A stretch of DNA of 64,000 nt from positions 82,190 through 146,189 of the forward strand of contig JBAYWK010000001.1 in assembly GCA_041674105.1 (NCBI GenBank), read 5' to 3'. This DNA is from Minisyncoccota bacterium (lineage in GTDB: Bacteria; Patescibacteriota; Minisyncoccia; Phycocordibacterales; DATDWN01). The notes beneath the pieces are model-generated. The model saw nothing but the letters and a program-made list of their open reading frames with translations, had not been told where the DNA came from and ran no database searches. A program made the translations under genes and the position numbers. Every line of letters starts with the position of its first letter. The stretch's first letter is position 1. Shown here piece after piece: positions 1 through 9,551 of the stretch.

Positions 1-368
1 ACAATAGCTGAGTTTGATTCTGGAGACCTGATCTCTTTAACATCTAATTTTATTTCACCTTCAGCTGAAAGTTTATTTTTTCGTATAAAAGAATTTATAT
101 CTTCTCTCAATTTTACTACACCGTCACCACTTCTACCGATAATCATTCCAGGACGAGATGTTTCTATTATTATTCTTAGAAACTTTTCTCCTCTTTCCAT
201 TTCAATATTACTTACATAGTTTCCTCTAAGTTTCTTTTCTAGATACCGTCTAAGCAAGACATCACTCTTTAGAAAATCCTTGTATTTACTTTTAACACCA
301 AACCAGCGAGATTTCCAATCTCTTATTATTCCTAGTCTATGTGAATATGGGTGAACTGTATGAGTCAT
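1..368 (-). CDS. rpsC: 30S ribosomal protein S3 (N-terminal part; runs off window)
   Basis: Manual translation MTHTVHPYSHRLGIIRDWKSRWF...TSRPGMIIGRSG (KH domain); lies downstream of rplV. Confidence 0.95.
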   Translation of the reverse strand, partial: MTHTVHPYSHRLGIIRDWKSRWFGVKSKYKDFLKSDVLLRRYLEKKLRGNYVSNIEMERGEKFLRIIIETSRPGMIIGRSGDGVVKLREDINSFIRKNKLSAEGEIKLDVKEIRSPESNSAI

Positions 369-376
369 AATAATTA

Positions 377-856
377 TTATTTTTTACTTGTTTTAAGTGA
401 ATCCTCAGATTTTGGTGTCACTTTAGGTTTTTTAACTTCTGTTTTTCCTTTTTTGTTTGAAGTTTCCTTTTTTGGCTCTTCTGATTCTTCTTTTGAAACT
501 TTTGTCTTTTTATTCTTTGAAACAACGGGGTCACCCAATTCTATATAGACAAGACTTGTTCTCTTTCTTATAGGGTGAGCACTCCCTCTAGCAGCTGGTA
601 TTCTCCTGTATAGAGTTTTACCTTCATTTACTGTAATAGATTTAACAATAAGATCTTCTGTGGGTATTTCAAGATTTTTTGCATTAGCCACAGCAGATAA
701 AACCAAATTTTTTAAAGGATTTGTAGCTTTTTTAGTCACAAAATCCAATTGGACCAAAATATCAGAAACTCTTTTTCCTCTAATCAAATTAGCTACCAAT
801 CGCATTTTACGAGGTGACTGTCTAAAATTTGAAAGTGTAGCGGATACTTTTGTCAT
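377..856 (-). CDS. rplV: 50S ribosomal protein L22 with Lys/Glu-rich C-terminal extension
   Basis: RQSPRKMRLVANLIRGK ... ARGSAHPIRKRTS. Confidence 0.97.
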   Translation of the reverse strand: MTKVSATLSNFRQSPRKMRLVANLIRGKRVSDILVQLDFVTKKATNPLKNLVLSAVANAKNLEIPTEDLIVKSITVNEGKTLYRRIPAARGSAHPIRKRTSLVYIELGDPVVSKNKKTKVSKEESEEPKKETSNKKGKTEVKKPKVTPKSEDSLKTSKK

Positions 857-865
857 AATAATTTA

Positions 866-1204
866 TTATTTTTTAACAGTGTCTGACTTAGCTGCCTTTG
901 CCGCTGTTATTTCTGCTTCTTTTTTCTTCTGCTCTAACTCCTTTTGCATCTTACCTCCGTGTTTAGTAAATTTCTTTGTAGGAGAAAACTCACCTAGTCT
1001 GTGACCAATCATATCTTCACTTACCAAAACTTCAATGTGACTTTTTCCGTTGTGAACACCAAATTTGAATCCAACCATTTCAGGAGAAATGACACAGGCT
1101 CTTGACCAAGTCTTAATAACCCCAGTTTCTTCTGGTTTTTTTCCTACAATTTTCTTTATTACTCTTTCGTCCACATAAGGACCTTTCTTGGATGATCTTG
1201 TCAT
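866..1204 (-). CDS. rpsS: 30S ribosomal protein S19
   Basis: [33 protein letters not shown]; start moved to the ATG at 1204. Confidence 0.97.
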   Translation of the reverse strand: MTRSSKKGPYVDERVIKKIVGKKPEETGVIKTWSRACVISPEMVGFKFGVHNGKSHIEVLVSEDMIGHRLGEFSPTKKFTKHGGKMQKELEQKKKEAEITAAKAAKSDTVKK

Positions 1205-1372
1205 TTTAATTTTCAAAACAAAAACCACATTGTTCGTGGTATGAAGATACCCCAGACAAAAATGTATAAGAGACTAAAACTCTTATGTGAGCCTTATACT
1301 ACACAAAACAGTATTTAATGTCAAACCTTTTTTGGTCACTATTCTGACTATCTTATTCCAGCTAAAATAGAC

Positions 1373-1412
1373 AAAAAAAGGCCCTACTGCATTGGTTACG
1401 CAATAGGTGCCT
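1373..1412 (-). terminator. Intrinsic terminator closing the small-ORF unit
   Basis: GGCACCTATTGCG/TGCAGTAGGGCC hairpin followed by a T7 run on the minus strand. Confidence 0.6.
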
Positions 1413-1565
1413 TATACCCATACTTTGACATCCGAGGGTTTTACGGACAACTCCGGAGCCTTGACCAGAGATTGACGCTTTTGGATCATTCACATCATAC
1501 TTTTCCCTCCTTTCTTGGAAAAATATTCGCCGGCCACCAGGCCGGTGTAGTCGCCGCCCAGTGCA

Positions 1566-1652
1566 TTAGCGCTCGCGCAATGAAGCCAAGTATTCCCTGT
1601 ATTCTTCCATCGTCTTAAAATAAAAAACTTGACCCGAAATAACTACCGTCAT
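1566..1652 (-). CDS. Putative 28-aa microprotein MTVVISGQVFYFKTMEEYREYLASLRER
   Basis: Purine-rich SD-like AGGAAAGGA upstream; TTGACA-17-TAAGGT promoter with -35 at 1735-1740. Confidence 0.4.
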   Translation of the reverse strand: MTVVISGQVFYFKTMEEYREYLASLRER

Positions 1653-1824
1653 CTTCTTGTCCTTTCCTGGCAGTCTCCTTTGTTCCTTATTTAGGAGACC
1701 ATTCTACATATACCTTAGCATATTCTTACAAAATTGTCAAATAAATTGTATAAAAATAATTAAAATATACCTGAGTAGAGCCATATTCTAATAAAAACCA
1801 CCCCCTATAGAGTGATTTTTTGTT

Positions 1825-2325
1825 TTACAATCCCCTTTCTTTTCTCCTAGCCCTTAAAGTTCTGTGATCTTCTTCTATTTGATCTCGTATTTCCTCCCAA
1901 GAATCAACTTCATATTTTATTGTATTTTCTTGAGATACTTTCAAATCTTCATTTGTTAAATCATACTGTTCCCATTCATTAGTTTCAGGGTTTAAAGCTT
2001 TTATCCAAGCATGATCAACAGAGTCCAGAGTCTCACCATGTATAAGTTTAACTTTAAAACCCAAAAGACGAAGTGCTTCTGCTGAGATATTTACAATCGC
2101 ACCACAACTTTTCATTCCTTTCTTATATACTTCTTCTGCCGAAGTAAATCTTGATTCTATTATACTTTTTGGCTGGTAAGTAGATGAAAGTGATTTCATG
2201 CGACTGTTTACGCCTTCTTGTATAGCCAACATAATATCCGGCAAGCTTTTATACTTTTCACTTATTTCAGTAGCTAATTCACTTACTGATTCCGGAATAT
2301 ATTTCTCTTCTTTAAACTTTTCCAT
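1825..2325 (-). CDS. Transglutaminase-like (Cys-His-Asp) domain protein
   Basis: SCGAIVN..ALRLLGFKVKLIHG..DHAWIKA..YD pattern. Confidence 0.7.
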   Translation of the reverse strand: MEKFKEEKYIPESVSELATEISEKYKSLPDIMLAIQEGVNSRMKSLSSTYQPKSIIESRFTSAEEVYKKGMKSCGAIVNISAEALRLLGFKVKLIHGETLDSVDHAWIKALNPETNEWEQYDLTNEDLKVSQENTIKYEVDSWEEIRDQIEEDHRTLRARRKERGL

Positions 2326-2329
2326 ATTT

Positions 2330-2737
2330 TTATCCTTGTTTTATTAATTCAACCAATTTCTCTCTTGCTTCTTCAACAGTTTTCACTACATTTCCAGCTT
2401 TTTTAATAAACTCAATAGACCACTTTGGATTTCTTTCCTCTTTCCAAATTATTATAAGTTTATTACAAGTATCACCTGGATTATTGGTGTTATTTGCCAA
2501 AAAATACCCAATTTCTACCCATGTGGCTTCTGAAGGTGCAACACCAGGATTTGCCACCAAATACTCGCAATCTTTAACAGCTTTCAAATCATCAGGGAAA
2601 AAAGTATCCGGTGAGGCCTGATCAGAATCAAATTCCCAATCATAAATATCACATCCTGGAATATTTTTAAAATTTTCTTTCCAGTTATTTTCATATTCAT
2701 TAGGCTGACCAGCTAGATAAATTTTTATTTTTTCCAT
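2330..2737 (-). CDS. Nucleoside 2-deoxyribosyltransferase-like protein
   Basis: KIYLAG, DLKAVKDCEYLVA, ATWVEIGY motifs. Confidence 0.75.
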   Translation of the reverse strand: MEKIKIYLAGQPNEYENNWKENFKNIPGCDIYDWEFDSDQASPDTFFPDDLKAVKDCEYLVANPGVAPSEATWVEIGYFLANNTNNPGDTCNKLIIIWKEERNPKWSIEFIKKAGNVVKTVEEAREKLVELIKQG

Positions 2738-2748
2738 ATTATTCTAAT

Positions 2749-3345
2749 TTATTCCTTAGATTTAAGATATACAGTTAAATATTTTTCTTCTAAATTATTT
2801 TTTAATCTTGTTCCTAATGTATCTTTACCTGTTCTAAAGTGTTTACCGTCCTCAACATGAGCTCCACCAACAATAACAAAATATTTGCCCGGATTTTCCT
2901 GATAGTAATTATTAATATTATCAGACATATCCTCGTCCCGTGACTCACCTCTTAAAAAATAATAGCCGTGTTCAGATTTGGTTTTATACTCATCTATAGC
3001 AACCTTAGAAGAATCGATGCAAATAACCGGTTTGCCCAATTCTTTTAGCTTATCTAACATTTTCAAAATACCCCTTATATCTTTACTTTCTTTCTGTGCT
3101 CCCAAAAAATACCTTTCTAGACTTTGATCAATCTCTCCTTTTTCCATATACAAATCTACAGAAGATTGATAGCTTACAGACAATTCTAAAAATAAACCTC
3201 TTATTTGATCTGAATGTTTATCTAAAACACAAATGATTTCTTCATCATGAGTGCCGTGAAAGTTTTCAGCCAAAACAACAATATCTGCTTTTTCAAAATA
3301 ATTTTCTAAAACCTGCTCTTGTTCTATTTTTGGAATTTGTTCCAT
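2749..3345 (-). CDS. ChaN/EreA/TIKI-superfamily protein
   Basis: VVLAENFHG, LFLE, RDEDM..NI, VIVGGAHV motifs. Confidence 0.65.
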   Translation of the reverse strand: MEQIPKIEQEQVLENYFEKADIVVLAENFHGTHDEEIICVLDKHSDQIRGLFLELSVSYQSSVDLYMEKGEIDQSLERYFLGAQKESKDIRGILKMLDKLKELGKPVICIDSSKVAIDEYKTKSEHGYYFLRGESRDEDMSDNINNYYQENPGKYFVIVGGAHVEDGKHFRTGKDTLGTRLKNNLEEKYLTVYLKSKE

Positions 3346-3348
3346 AAA

Positions 3349-4014
3349 TTACGGTTTAGATATTTCTATAATAATTTTATTAATATCTGGGAAATACTTT
3401 TCAAATATCTCTGATACTTTTTCTGAATTTTCCGGATCTCTCTGAATCCTCTTACTTTCAGGGAAAAATTTATCGATAATTAAATCCACCAACCTTTCCT
3501 TTACCCAATGTGTTATTTTATACTCTTTTATTAGAGGCTCAATGGTTAAATGTACAATCTCATGGGCTAGAGTAATAGTAAGTACTCTTTTTTGTTCAAT
3601 ATTAAGTTGAACATTATTTGGTAACCCATAACTACCCCCTGTTCCATATTTTGTAACACATACAAAATATTTATCTTGTAGTGGAAGATTTAGTGTTTTT
3701 AAACTTTCAAAAAATTTATCTTTTATTTCATCCCACTCTTTTATTATCAAATCCACTTCTTCTCTATATTTTTCTTGATCAAATTCAGCAGAAACTGCTT
3801 CTAAAATATCTTCCTTTTTTACCTTCTCATCTTTTTCTAATCTTTCTTGTATCAATTTAGGATACTTGGGCTTATAACCATTTTCCTTATACCAATGGTA
3901 TTTTTTAAGTGTACTAAAAACCCTTTCTTTTTCATCTTCTACAGAATAATCAAAAACAACCTCTATTTTTGGTTCAGCTTCTTTGTTATCTTGATTTTCT
4001 ATTAGCTTTTCCAT
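3349..4014 (-). CDS. Hypothetical zincin-like protein (HExxH)
   Basis: YGTGGSY...TLAHEIVHL...KERLVD. Confidence 0.6.
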   Translation of the reverse strand: MEKLIENQDNKEAEPKIEVVFDYSVEDEKERVFSTLKKYHWYKENGYKPKYPKLIQERLEKDEKVKKEDILEAVSAEFDQEKYREEVDLIIKEWDEIKDKFFESLKTLNLPLQDKYFVCVTKYGTGGSYGLPNNVQLNIEQKRVLTITLAHEIVHLTIEPLIKEYKITHWVKERLVDLIIDKFFPESKRIQRDPENSEKVSEIFEKYFPDINKIIIEISKP

Positions 4015-4030
4015 ACATCTAGATTATACC

Positions 4031-4062
4031 AAAAACAAAACCCCTTGTGGGGGCTTTGTTTT
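4031..4062 (-). terminator. Terminator directly after rplB
   Basis: AAAACAAAGCCCC-ACAA-GGGGTTTTGTTTTT on the minus strand. Confidence 0.7.
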
Positions 4063-4903
4063 ATTTTCTCTTACCAACTTTTCTTCTAGAAACGATAAGT
4101 CTGTTTGAATATTTTTTAGGAGTTCTTGTCTTCTGTCCTTTTCCTGTAGGTCGTCCCCATTTAGAAACAGCTCTCCTTCTTCCTCTTCCTTGTCTACCCT
4201 CTCCTCCTCCGTGTGGGTGGTCTACTGGGTTTTGAGCAGTACCTCTAACTGTAGGTCTAATACCTAACCATCTTGATCTTCCGGCCTTTCCAAGATTTAC
4301 AAGCCTGTTTTCATCATTAGAAACTTCTCCGACTGAAGCCCATGCAGTTTCTTTAACCTTTCTGATTTCTGAAGATGGAAGTTTCAGATCAACAAGCCCG
4401 GCATCTTTTGCTACAACCTCTACGAAATTACCAGCTGACCTAGCAAGTTTTGCTCCACCTTTTGGTTTGATCTCTACATTGTAAACAAACGTACCTACTG
4501 TGATATTTTTCAAAGGAAGTCTATTTCCAGCTTTTACTTCAGCTGTTTCTGAGTTTACAAGTTTGTCTCCAACTGAAACACCTTTTGGTAAAAGAACATA
4601 TCTCTTTTCACCATCTCTGTACTGGGCAAGTCCGATGAAACCAGATCTGTTCGGGTCATACTCTACTGATTTTATAGTATAAGGAATATCAATTTTATTA
4701 TATTTAAAATCTACTTCTCTATAAAGTCTTTTGTGTCCACCTCCTTTATGTCTAGTAGTAAGTTTACCAGCATTATTTCTACCAACAGATCTTTTATAAC
4801 CCTTTGTTAGAGATTTTTCTGGTTTGGATTTTGTAAGTAAGCTACTATATCCTATAGTAGTCATATTTCTTCTTGATGGACTTGTTGGTTTATATCTTTT
4901 CAT
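4061..4903 (-). CDS. rplB: 50S ribosomal protein L2
   Basis: EYDPNRSG, RPTVRGTAQNPVDHPHGGGEG. Confidence 0.99.
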   Translation of the reverse strand: MKRYKPTSPSRRNMTTIGYSSLLTKSKPEKSLTKGYKRSVGRNNAGKLTTRHKGGGHKRLYREVDFKYNKIDIPYTIKSVEYDPNRSGFIGLAQYRDGEKRYVLLPKGVSVGDKLVNSETAEVKAGNRLPLKNITVGTFVYNVEIKPKGGAKLARSAGNFVEVVAKDAGLVDLKLPSSEIRKVKETAWASVGEVSNDENRLVNLGKAGRSRWLGIRPTVRGTAQNPVDHPHGGGEGRQGRGRRRAVSKWGRPTGKGQKTRTPKKYSNRLIVSRRKVGKRK

Positions 4904-4917
4904 AATATTTCTTTACC

Positions 4918-5202
4918 CTATTTCATTATGTCTATCTTTTCACCCTTTTTTATATAAATATAGGCCTTCTTGTAACCAGAGGAAACTCCTCTTTTACCTC
5001 TAACAATAACCTTTTTTGAAGGTATTGTGACTGTACTAACTTTTAAAGGCTTAACTTTGTACTGGTTTTGAAAAGCTTTTTCTATAAGAGTTTTAGTTGA
5101 GTTTGGAGCTACTTTGAAAACATAGACAGAATTCTCAGAAGAAACTGTGGCTTTCTCTGTAATATGGGGCATTATTAAAATTTTCGATAAGTCTGAATTC
5201 AT
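4918..5202 (-). CDS. rplW: 50S ribosomal protein L23
   Basis: PHITEKA, YKKAYI; operon position. Confidence 0.96.
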   Translation of the reverse strand: MNSDLSKILIMPHITEKATVSSENSVYVFKVAPNSTKTLIEKAFQNQYKVKPLKVSTVTIPSKKVIVRGKRGVSSGYKKAYIYIKKGEKIDIMK

Positions 5203-5207
5203 AATAT

Positions 5208-5933
5208 TTATTTAGACAATTTAGTTGATATAGAAGAAAGGCCTTTTTCTGGATTTTCAATAATAATATACTTGTAGTTCAAAATATCTACAGGATTTAT
5301 ATTTCTTATTTCATCAACTTCTACATTACCAAAATTGTTAAAACTTTTTTCAGTTGCCTGATTTTTAGATGAAAGAGAAATGTAAGCTGAGTTCTTTTTC
5401 TTTTTCAAAAGATCATTAAAACCTTTGATTCCAGAAAGAGAAGATAACACTTTACCAGCCTCTTTTGTTTTTGGTTCTGAAAAATTTAGTCCGTCAACAA
5501 AAAGAATCTGTCCTTTTTTATATTTTGCTGAAAGTATAGTATACAAAGCTTTGGCTTTCATTTTCTTGTTAACTTTCTTTGTATAATTTTTGTCGTTTCT
5601 TGGACCATGAGTAACACCTCCACCAACCCATATAGGTGACCTGTTAGAACCGTGTCTAGCTCTACCTGTACCTTTTTGTTTCCAAGGTTTTTTACCTCCC
5701 CCAGCAACTTCTCCTCTAGTTTTTGTATGAGCTATTAGATTTCTAGCTGAAGAAAGCATAGACACTGTTACTTGGTGAACCAAATCAGCATTCCAAGATA
5801 GACCAAAAACGGACCCAGGTAGAGTAATTTTTTTTACTTCTTTTCCAGATTGATTATACAAAGAAGCTTCCATAGAAACAGTTTTTGCTGTTTTTGATTT
5901 AGTTGTATCTTTTTTTATTTCTGTCTTTTCCAT
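5208..5933 (-). CDS. rplD: 50S ribosomal protein L4
   Basis: KTRGEVAGGGKKPWKQKGTGRARHGS. Confidence 0.98.
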   Translation of the reverse strand: MEKTEIKKDTTKSKTAKTVSMEASLYNQSGKEVKKITLPGSVFGLSWNADLVHQVTVSMLSSARNLIAHTKTRGEVAGGGKKPWKQKGTGRARHGSNRSPIWVGGGVTHGPRNDKNYTKKVNKKMKAKALYTILSAKYKKGQILFVDGLNFSEPKTKEAGKVLSSLSGIKGFNDLLKKKKNSAYISLSSKNQATEKSFNNFGNVEVDEIRNINPVDILNYKYIIIENPEKGLSSISTKLSK

Positions 5934-5943
5934 ATTTTTATAC

Positions 5944-6555
5944 CTAAGCTTTTATTTCTACAACAGTTCCTCTTCTTCCTGCAATAGCCCCTCTTATAAA
6001 GACTTCTTTAGTTTCTGGGTTTATAGATACAATAGTTAAACTTTTTGTTGTTATCCTATCACTACCCATTCTTCCCGCCATTCTTTTTCCTTTTGCTACA
6101 CGACCTCCATCACGACCAGCTCCACCAATAGATCCTGCCTCTCTCTCTGAGTGTTTTTGGCCATGAGAACGAGGTCCTCCATGAAAACCATGCCTTTTAA
6201 CCACACCTTGAAATCCTTTTCCTTTAGAAATAGATGAAATTGTTACCATATCACCTGCTTTTAAAGAAGAAGCATCTATAGTATCACCAATGTTATAAAC
6301 TTTTCCTTCCTCTACTGGAATCTCAAAAAGGTACATATAGCTTCCACCTTTCATCTGACCTTTTAGAGGTTTATTTATGTTTTTTTCTTTTCTTTCTCCA
6401 AAACCAACTTGAATAGCAGAATAACCGTCTTTTTCTACAGTTTTTATCTGAGTAACAACCATATCTCCAGTTTTTACGACTGTAGCTGGGTGAACCACTC
6501 CTGACTCATCAAAAACCTGAGTCATATTCTGTTTTATTCCTAAAATAAATTTCAT
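5944..6555 (-). CDS. rplC: 50S ribosomal protein L3
   Basis: DGYSAIQVG, SKGKGFQGVVKRHGF. Confidence 0.98.
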   Translation of the reverse strand: MKFILGIKQNMTQVFDESGVVHPATVVKTGDMVVTQIKTVEKDGYSAIQVGFGERKEKNINKPLKGQMKGGSYMYLFEIPVEEGKVYNIGDTIDASSLKAGDMVTISSISKGKGFQGVVKRHGFHGGPRSHGQKHSEREAGSIGGAGRDGGRVAKGKRMAGRMGSDRITTKSLTIVSINPETKEVFIRGAIAGRRGTVVEIKA

Positions 6556-6715
6556 AAAAATCTAAGTGACGATTTGCGGACAGTAATGAGAAAGGTATCC
6601 TCAACATTGCCCTTCGCTAGTCACCAAAAAAACTTTTTTGACGATTTGGCTATACTATCAGATATCCTTTTTTAAATCAAGTGGCTATATATACTTACTA
6701 TATAGTTATATAATT

Positions 6716-6860
6716 AAAAACAACTTTCCGAAGAAAGTTGGTTTATGTGGTGTCAGATGCAAGCATCTGATGAAAGAACAGTTGTAGAAATGTTAGTTTT
6801 AAGTTGTGGAGAGAAGTGACCTAGGTCTCTTCTCAAGAACTCATTACCTTTATTACTACA
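6716..6860 (-). ncRNA. Candidate small RNA (~145 nt)
   Basis: TTGACA-17-TATACT promoter (6894-6866), two hairpins, UUCG terminator, no ORF. Confidence 0.4.
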
Positions 6861-6958
6861 TTTAGAGTATAATCCTCTCGGCTTTTATTGTCAAACACTA
6901 ACCTGTGGATAACTTAATATAGCAAAAAACTGCCACTGGCAGTTTTTTGAAAGAACAA

Positions 6959-7237
6959 TCAATCTGTTTTTACTACATAATAAGTATACTTATCTTTCCA
7001 AATTCTAGCAGATTCTTCGACTACTGGTTTAGCCTCAGGATTTAAAGATGTGACACAATTAACCCACTCCTCCGATGTAGTAATGCCTACCACAATAGCC
7101 CTTTGATCTGGAAATACTCTCTCAAAATGATCCGTGATTCCTTTTATTACCTCCCCTACTTGATGTCTAGGATTCCAAGTTATCTGGTCTCCTGTTTCGT
7201 CTTTAGTATTCCAAGATGCAATAACCAACTGTGACAT
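6959..7237 (-). CDS. Hypothetical protein (orphan, strong SD)
   Basis: 92-aa ORF; GAGGAGG directly upstream of ATG; terminator-like hairpin at about 6924-6948. Confidence 0.7.
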   Translation of the reverse strand: MSQLVIASWNTKDETGDQITWNPRHQVGEVIKGITDHFERVFPDQRAIVVGITTSEEWVNCVTSLNPEAKPVVEESARIWKDKYTYYVVKTD

Positions 7238-7264
7238 AAAACCTCCTCAAGAGATACTACCACC

Positions 7265-7306
7265 TACAAATACAAAAACCACCCGAAGGTGGTTTTTGTA
7301 TTTGTA
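7265..7306. terminator. Perfect palindromic (bidirectional) terminator downstream of rpsJ
   Basis: TACAAATACAAAAACCACC-CGAA-GGTGGTTTTTGTATTTGTA. Confidence 0.8.
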
Positions 7307-7307
7307 A

Positions 7308-7415
7308 GGATTTTTGTTTGAGTTCAAGGCGCCAAGTTTTGTTTTTGACCAAGGTGTATAAAAATACTCCGCGGGAGAAAACAAAACAAGCAACGCAGAA
7401 ATCGAACAAAAAGAC
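7308..7415. repeat. Imperfect-palindrome intergenic repeat, family A, copy 1
   Basis: GGATTTTTG...CAAAAAGAC ends; 31-nt core (7346-7376) identical to 15838-15868. Confidence 0.8.
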
Positions 7416-7425
7416 TACAAATAAA

Positions 7426-7824
7426 CTACATTATTTTCACGTCGATATTAACTCCTGACGGTAAATTCAAATTTGTTAGAGATTCCATAATTTTTGGAGT
7501 AGGATTTAGGATATCAATGAGCCTCTTATGAACCCTCATCTCAAATTGCTCTCTAGCATTCTTGAAGACAAAAGAAGATCTGTTTACAGTATATTTCTTT
7601 ATTTCAGTAGGTAATGGGATAGGTCCTAAAACTTTGGCATCGTATCTAAGAGCTGTATCCATTATCTGCTTTACAGAAAGATCCAATATCTTGTATTCAT
7701 AAGCTCTAACTCTAATACGAAGTTTAGATATTACATCTGTTTTAGCAGAAGCTTTAGGTGTAGCTACTTTAGTGCTTGGCTTTTTTGCAGTCTTTTCTTT
7801 TGTTTCCTTTTTTGTTGTTACCAT
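7426..7824 (-). CDS. rpsJ: 30S ribosomal protein S10 with Lys-rich N-terminal extension
   Basis: [31 protein letters not shown]. Confidence 0.98.
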   Translation of the reverse strand: MVTTKKETKEKTAKKPSTKVATPKASAKTDVISKLRIRVRAYEYKILDLSVKQIMDTALRYDAKVLGPIPLPTEIKKYTVNRSSFVFKNAREQFEMRVHKRLIDILNPTPKIMESLTNLNLPSGVNIDVKIM

Positions 7825-7882
7825 TTTATTTTATTAAAACTTCCATAATTTGGATGAAATCAGAAGTGGCAATTTGGAAGCT

Positions 7883-9079
7883 TTAGGCTACGATTTTTGT
7901 TACAACTCCCGCACCCACAGTCTTACCTCCCTCTCTGATGGCGAATTTTGTTTTCTCTTCCAAAGCGACAGGAGCTACTAGCTTCACATTGAATGTAACT
8001 GTGTCTCCTGGCATAACCATTTCAACACCTTCATTCAATGTCACATCTCCTGTAACATCAGTTGTTCTGATGTAGAATTGTGGCTTGTAACCAGAGAAGA
8101 ATGGTGTATGTCTTCCTCCTTCTTCTTTCTTCAAAATATAAACCTCGGCTGTAAATTCTGTATGAGGAGTCACAGATTTTGGTTTAGCTAAAACTTGACC
8201 TCTATGAATGTCTTCTTTTTTAGCACCTCTTAGAAGTATTCCGGCGTTGTCTCCGGCTAGACCCTCTTGAAGAGATTTATTGAACATTTCAATACCTGTA
8301 ACTGTATATTTAGCTGTATCTTTAAGTCCGACACATTCTATTTCTTCACCAACCTTAACAGTACCTCTTTCAATTCTTCCTGTTACTACAGTTCCTCTTC
8401 CTTCAATAGAGAAGATGTCTTCAACTGGCATAAGGAAAGGTTTCTCTACATCTCTCTCAGGAATTGGGAAGTAAGTATCCAAAGCATTAGCAAGTTCTAA
8501 AACTTTTTGTGCCCAAGGATCAGTGTTGTCTGCAGATTCCAAAGCTTTTAGACCAGAACCTCTTATAACAGGAGCCTCTTTTCCATCAAAACCTTGTGCT
8601 GTAAGAAGATCTCTGACCTCCTCCTCAACCAAATCAATAAGGTCATTATCGTCAACCATATCACATTTGTTTAGAAATACTATTATTTTTGGCACACCAA
8701 CTTGTTTTGCCAAAAGAACATGCTCTCGAGTCTGAGGCATCACACCATCTGTAGCTGCAACCACAAGCACAGCACCATCCATCTGAGCGGCACCAGTAAT
8801 CATGTTTTTAATATAATCAGCGTGACCTGGAGCATCCACGTGAGCATAGTGACGTGTTGGTGTCGTATACTCGTTGTGAGACAAAGCAATAGTAATACCC
8901 CTTGCTTTTTCTTCTGGAGCTGAGTCAATAGCATCAACTCCTTTTAGTTTCGCTGAATAACCTTCTCCAGCACGAGCTAATACATTTAACATAGCTGCTG
9001 TTAAAGTAGTCTTTCCGTGGTCTACGTGACCAATTGTTCCCACATTTATGTGTGGTTTTGAACGATCAAAATCTGCCAT
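7883..9079 (-). CDS. tuf: Elongation factor Tu
   Basis: [33 protein letters not shown]; start at MADFDRSK. Confidence 0.99.
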   Translation of the reverse strand: MADFDRSKPHINVGTIGHVDHGKTTLTAAMLNVLARAGEGYSAKLKGVDAIDSAPEEKARGITIALSHNEYTTPTRHYAHVDAPGHADYIKNMITGAAQMDGAVLVVAATDGVMPQTREHVLLAKQVGVPKIIVFLNKCDMVDDNDLIDLVEEEVRDLLTAQGFDGKEAPVIRGSGLKALESADNTDPWAQKVLELANALDTYFPIPERDVEKPFLMPVEDIFSIEGRGTVVTGRIERGTVKVGEEIECVGLKDTAKYTVTGIEMFNKSLQEGLAGDNAGILLRGAKKEDIHRGQVLAKPKSVTPHTEFTAEVYILKKEEGGRHTPFFSGYKPQFYIRTTDVTGDVTLNEGVEMVMPGDTVTFNVKLVAPVALEEKTKFAIREGGKTVGAGVVTKIVA

Positions 9080-9254
9080 AAAATTTAATTTAATTAATTT
9101 AATAATTGTAAAAGTATAGCCCTCGAGAACACATGAATATACTCTGACAACTATCACCAATAAAGGTTTCTTATAAATAAGCGCCCAAAGACGCGGTAAC
9201 CACAATATTAGACAAAAAGCAAAAAATAGTCAAGTAAAAGGCTCTTCTAAAAGA

Positions 9255-9542
9255 CTAAGCTAAAATAACTTCTTTTACTTTTTCTTTTTCTTCTTTTGCT
9301 AAAGAATCAAATGTAGGAATTTTGCCTTTCAAAAAAACTAAAACATCCTGAGGAGTTGTGTTATCTTCATCTAAAAGAAGATCAAACTCATCTTGTTCTT
9401 TTTCAGATAGAATATCTAGAGATCTAACCAAAATTGCTTGATACAATATATGACCAATACGGTCAACCATCTCCACCTGCTTATCGTGGTCGAGAGATCC
9501 CAGTTTCCATTCAGTTATTACTTCTTTTGATAAATTTATCAT
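9255..9542 (-). CDS. Small acidic helical protein (DUF5663-like)
   Basis: LSEKEQDEFDLLL...FLKGKIPTFD pattern resembles a common CPR family. Confidence 0.55.
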   Translation of the reverse strand: MINLSKEVITEWKLGSLDHDKQVEMVDRIGHILYQAILVRSLDILSEKEQDEFDLLLDEDNTTPQDVLVFLKGKIPTFDSLAKEEKEKVKEVILA

Positions 9543-9551
9543 ATTATTTTT

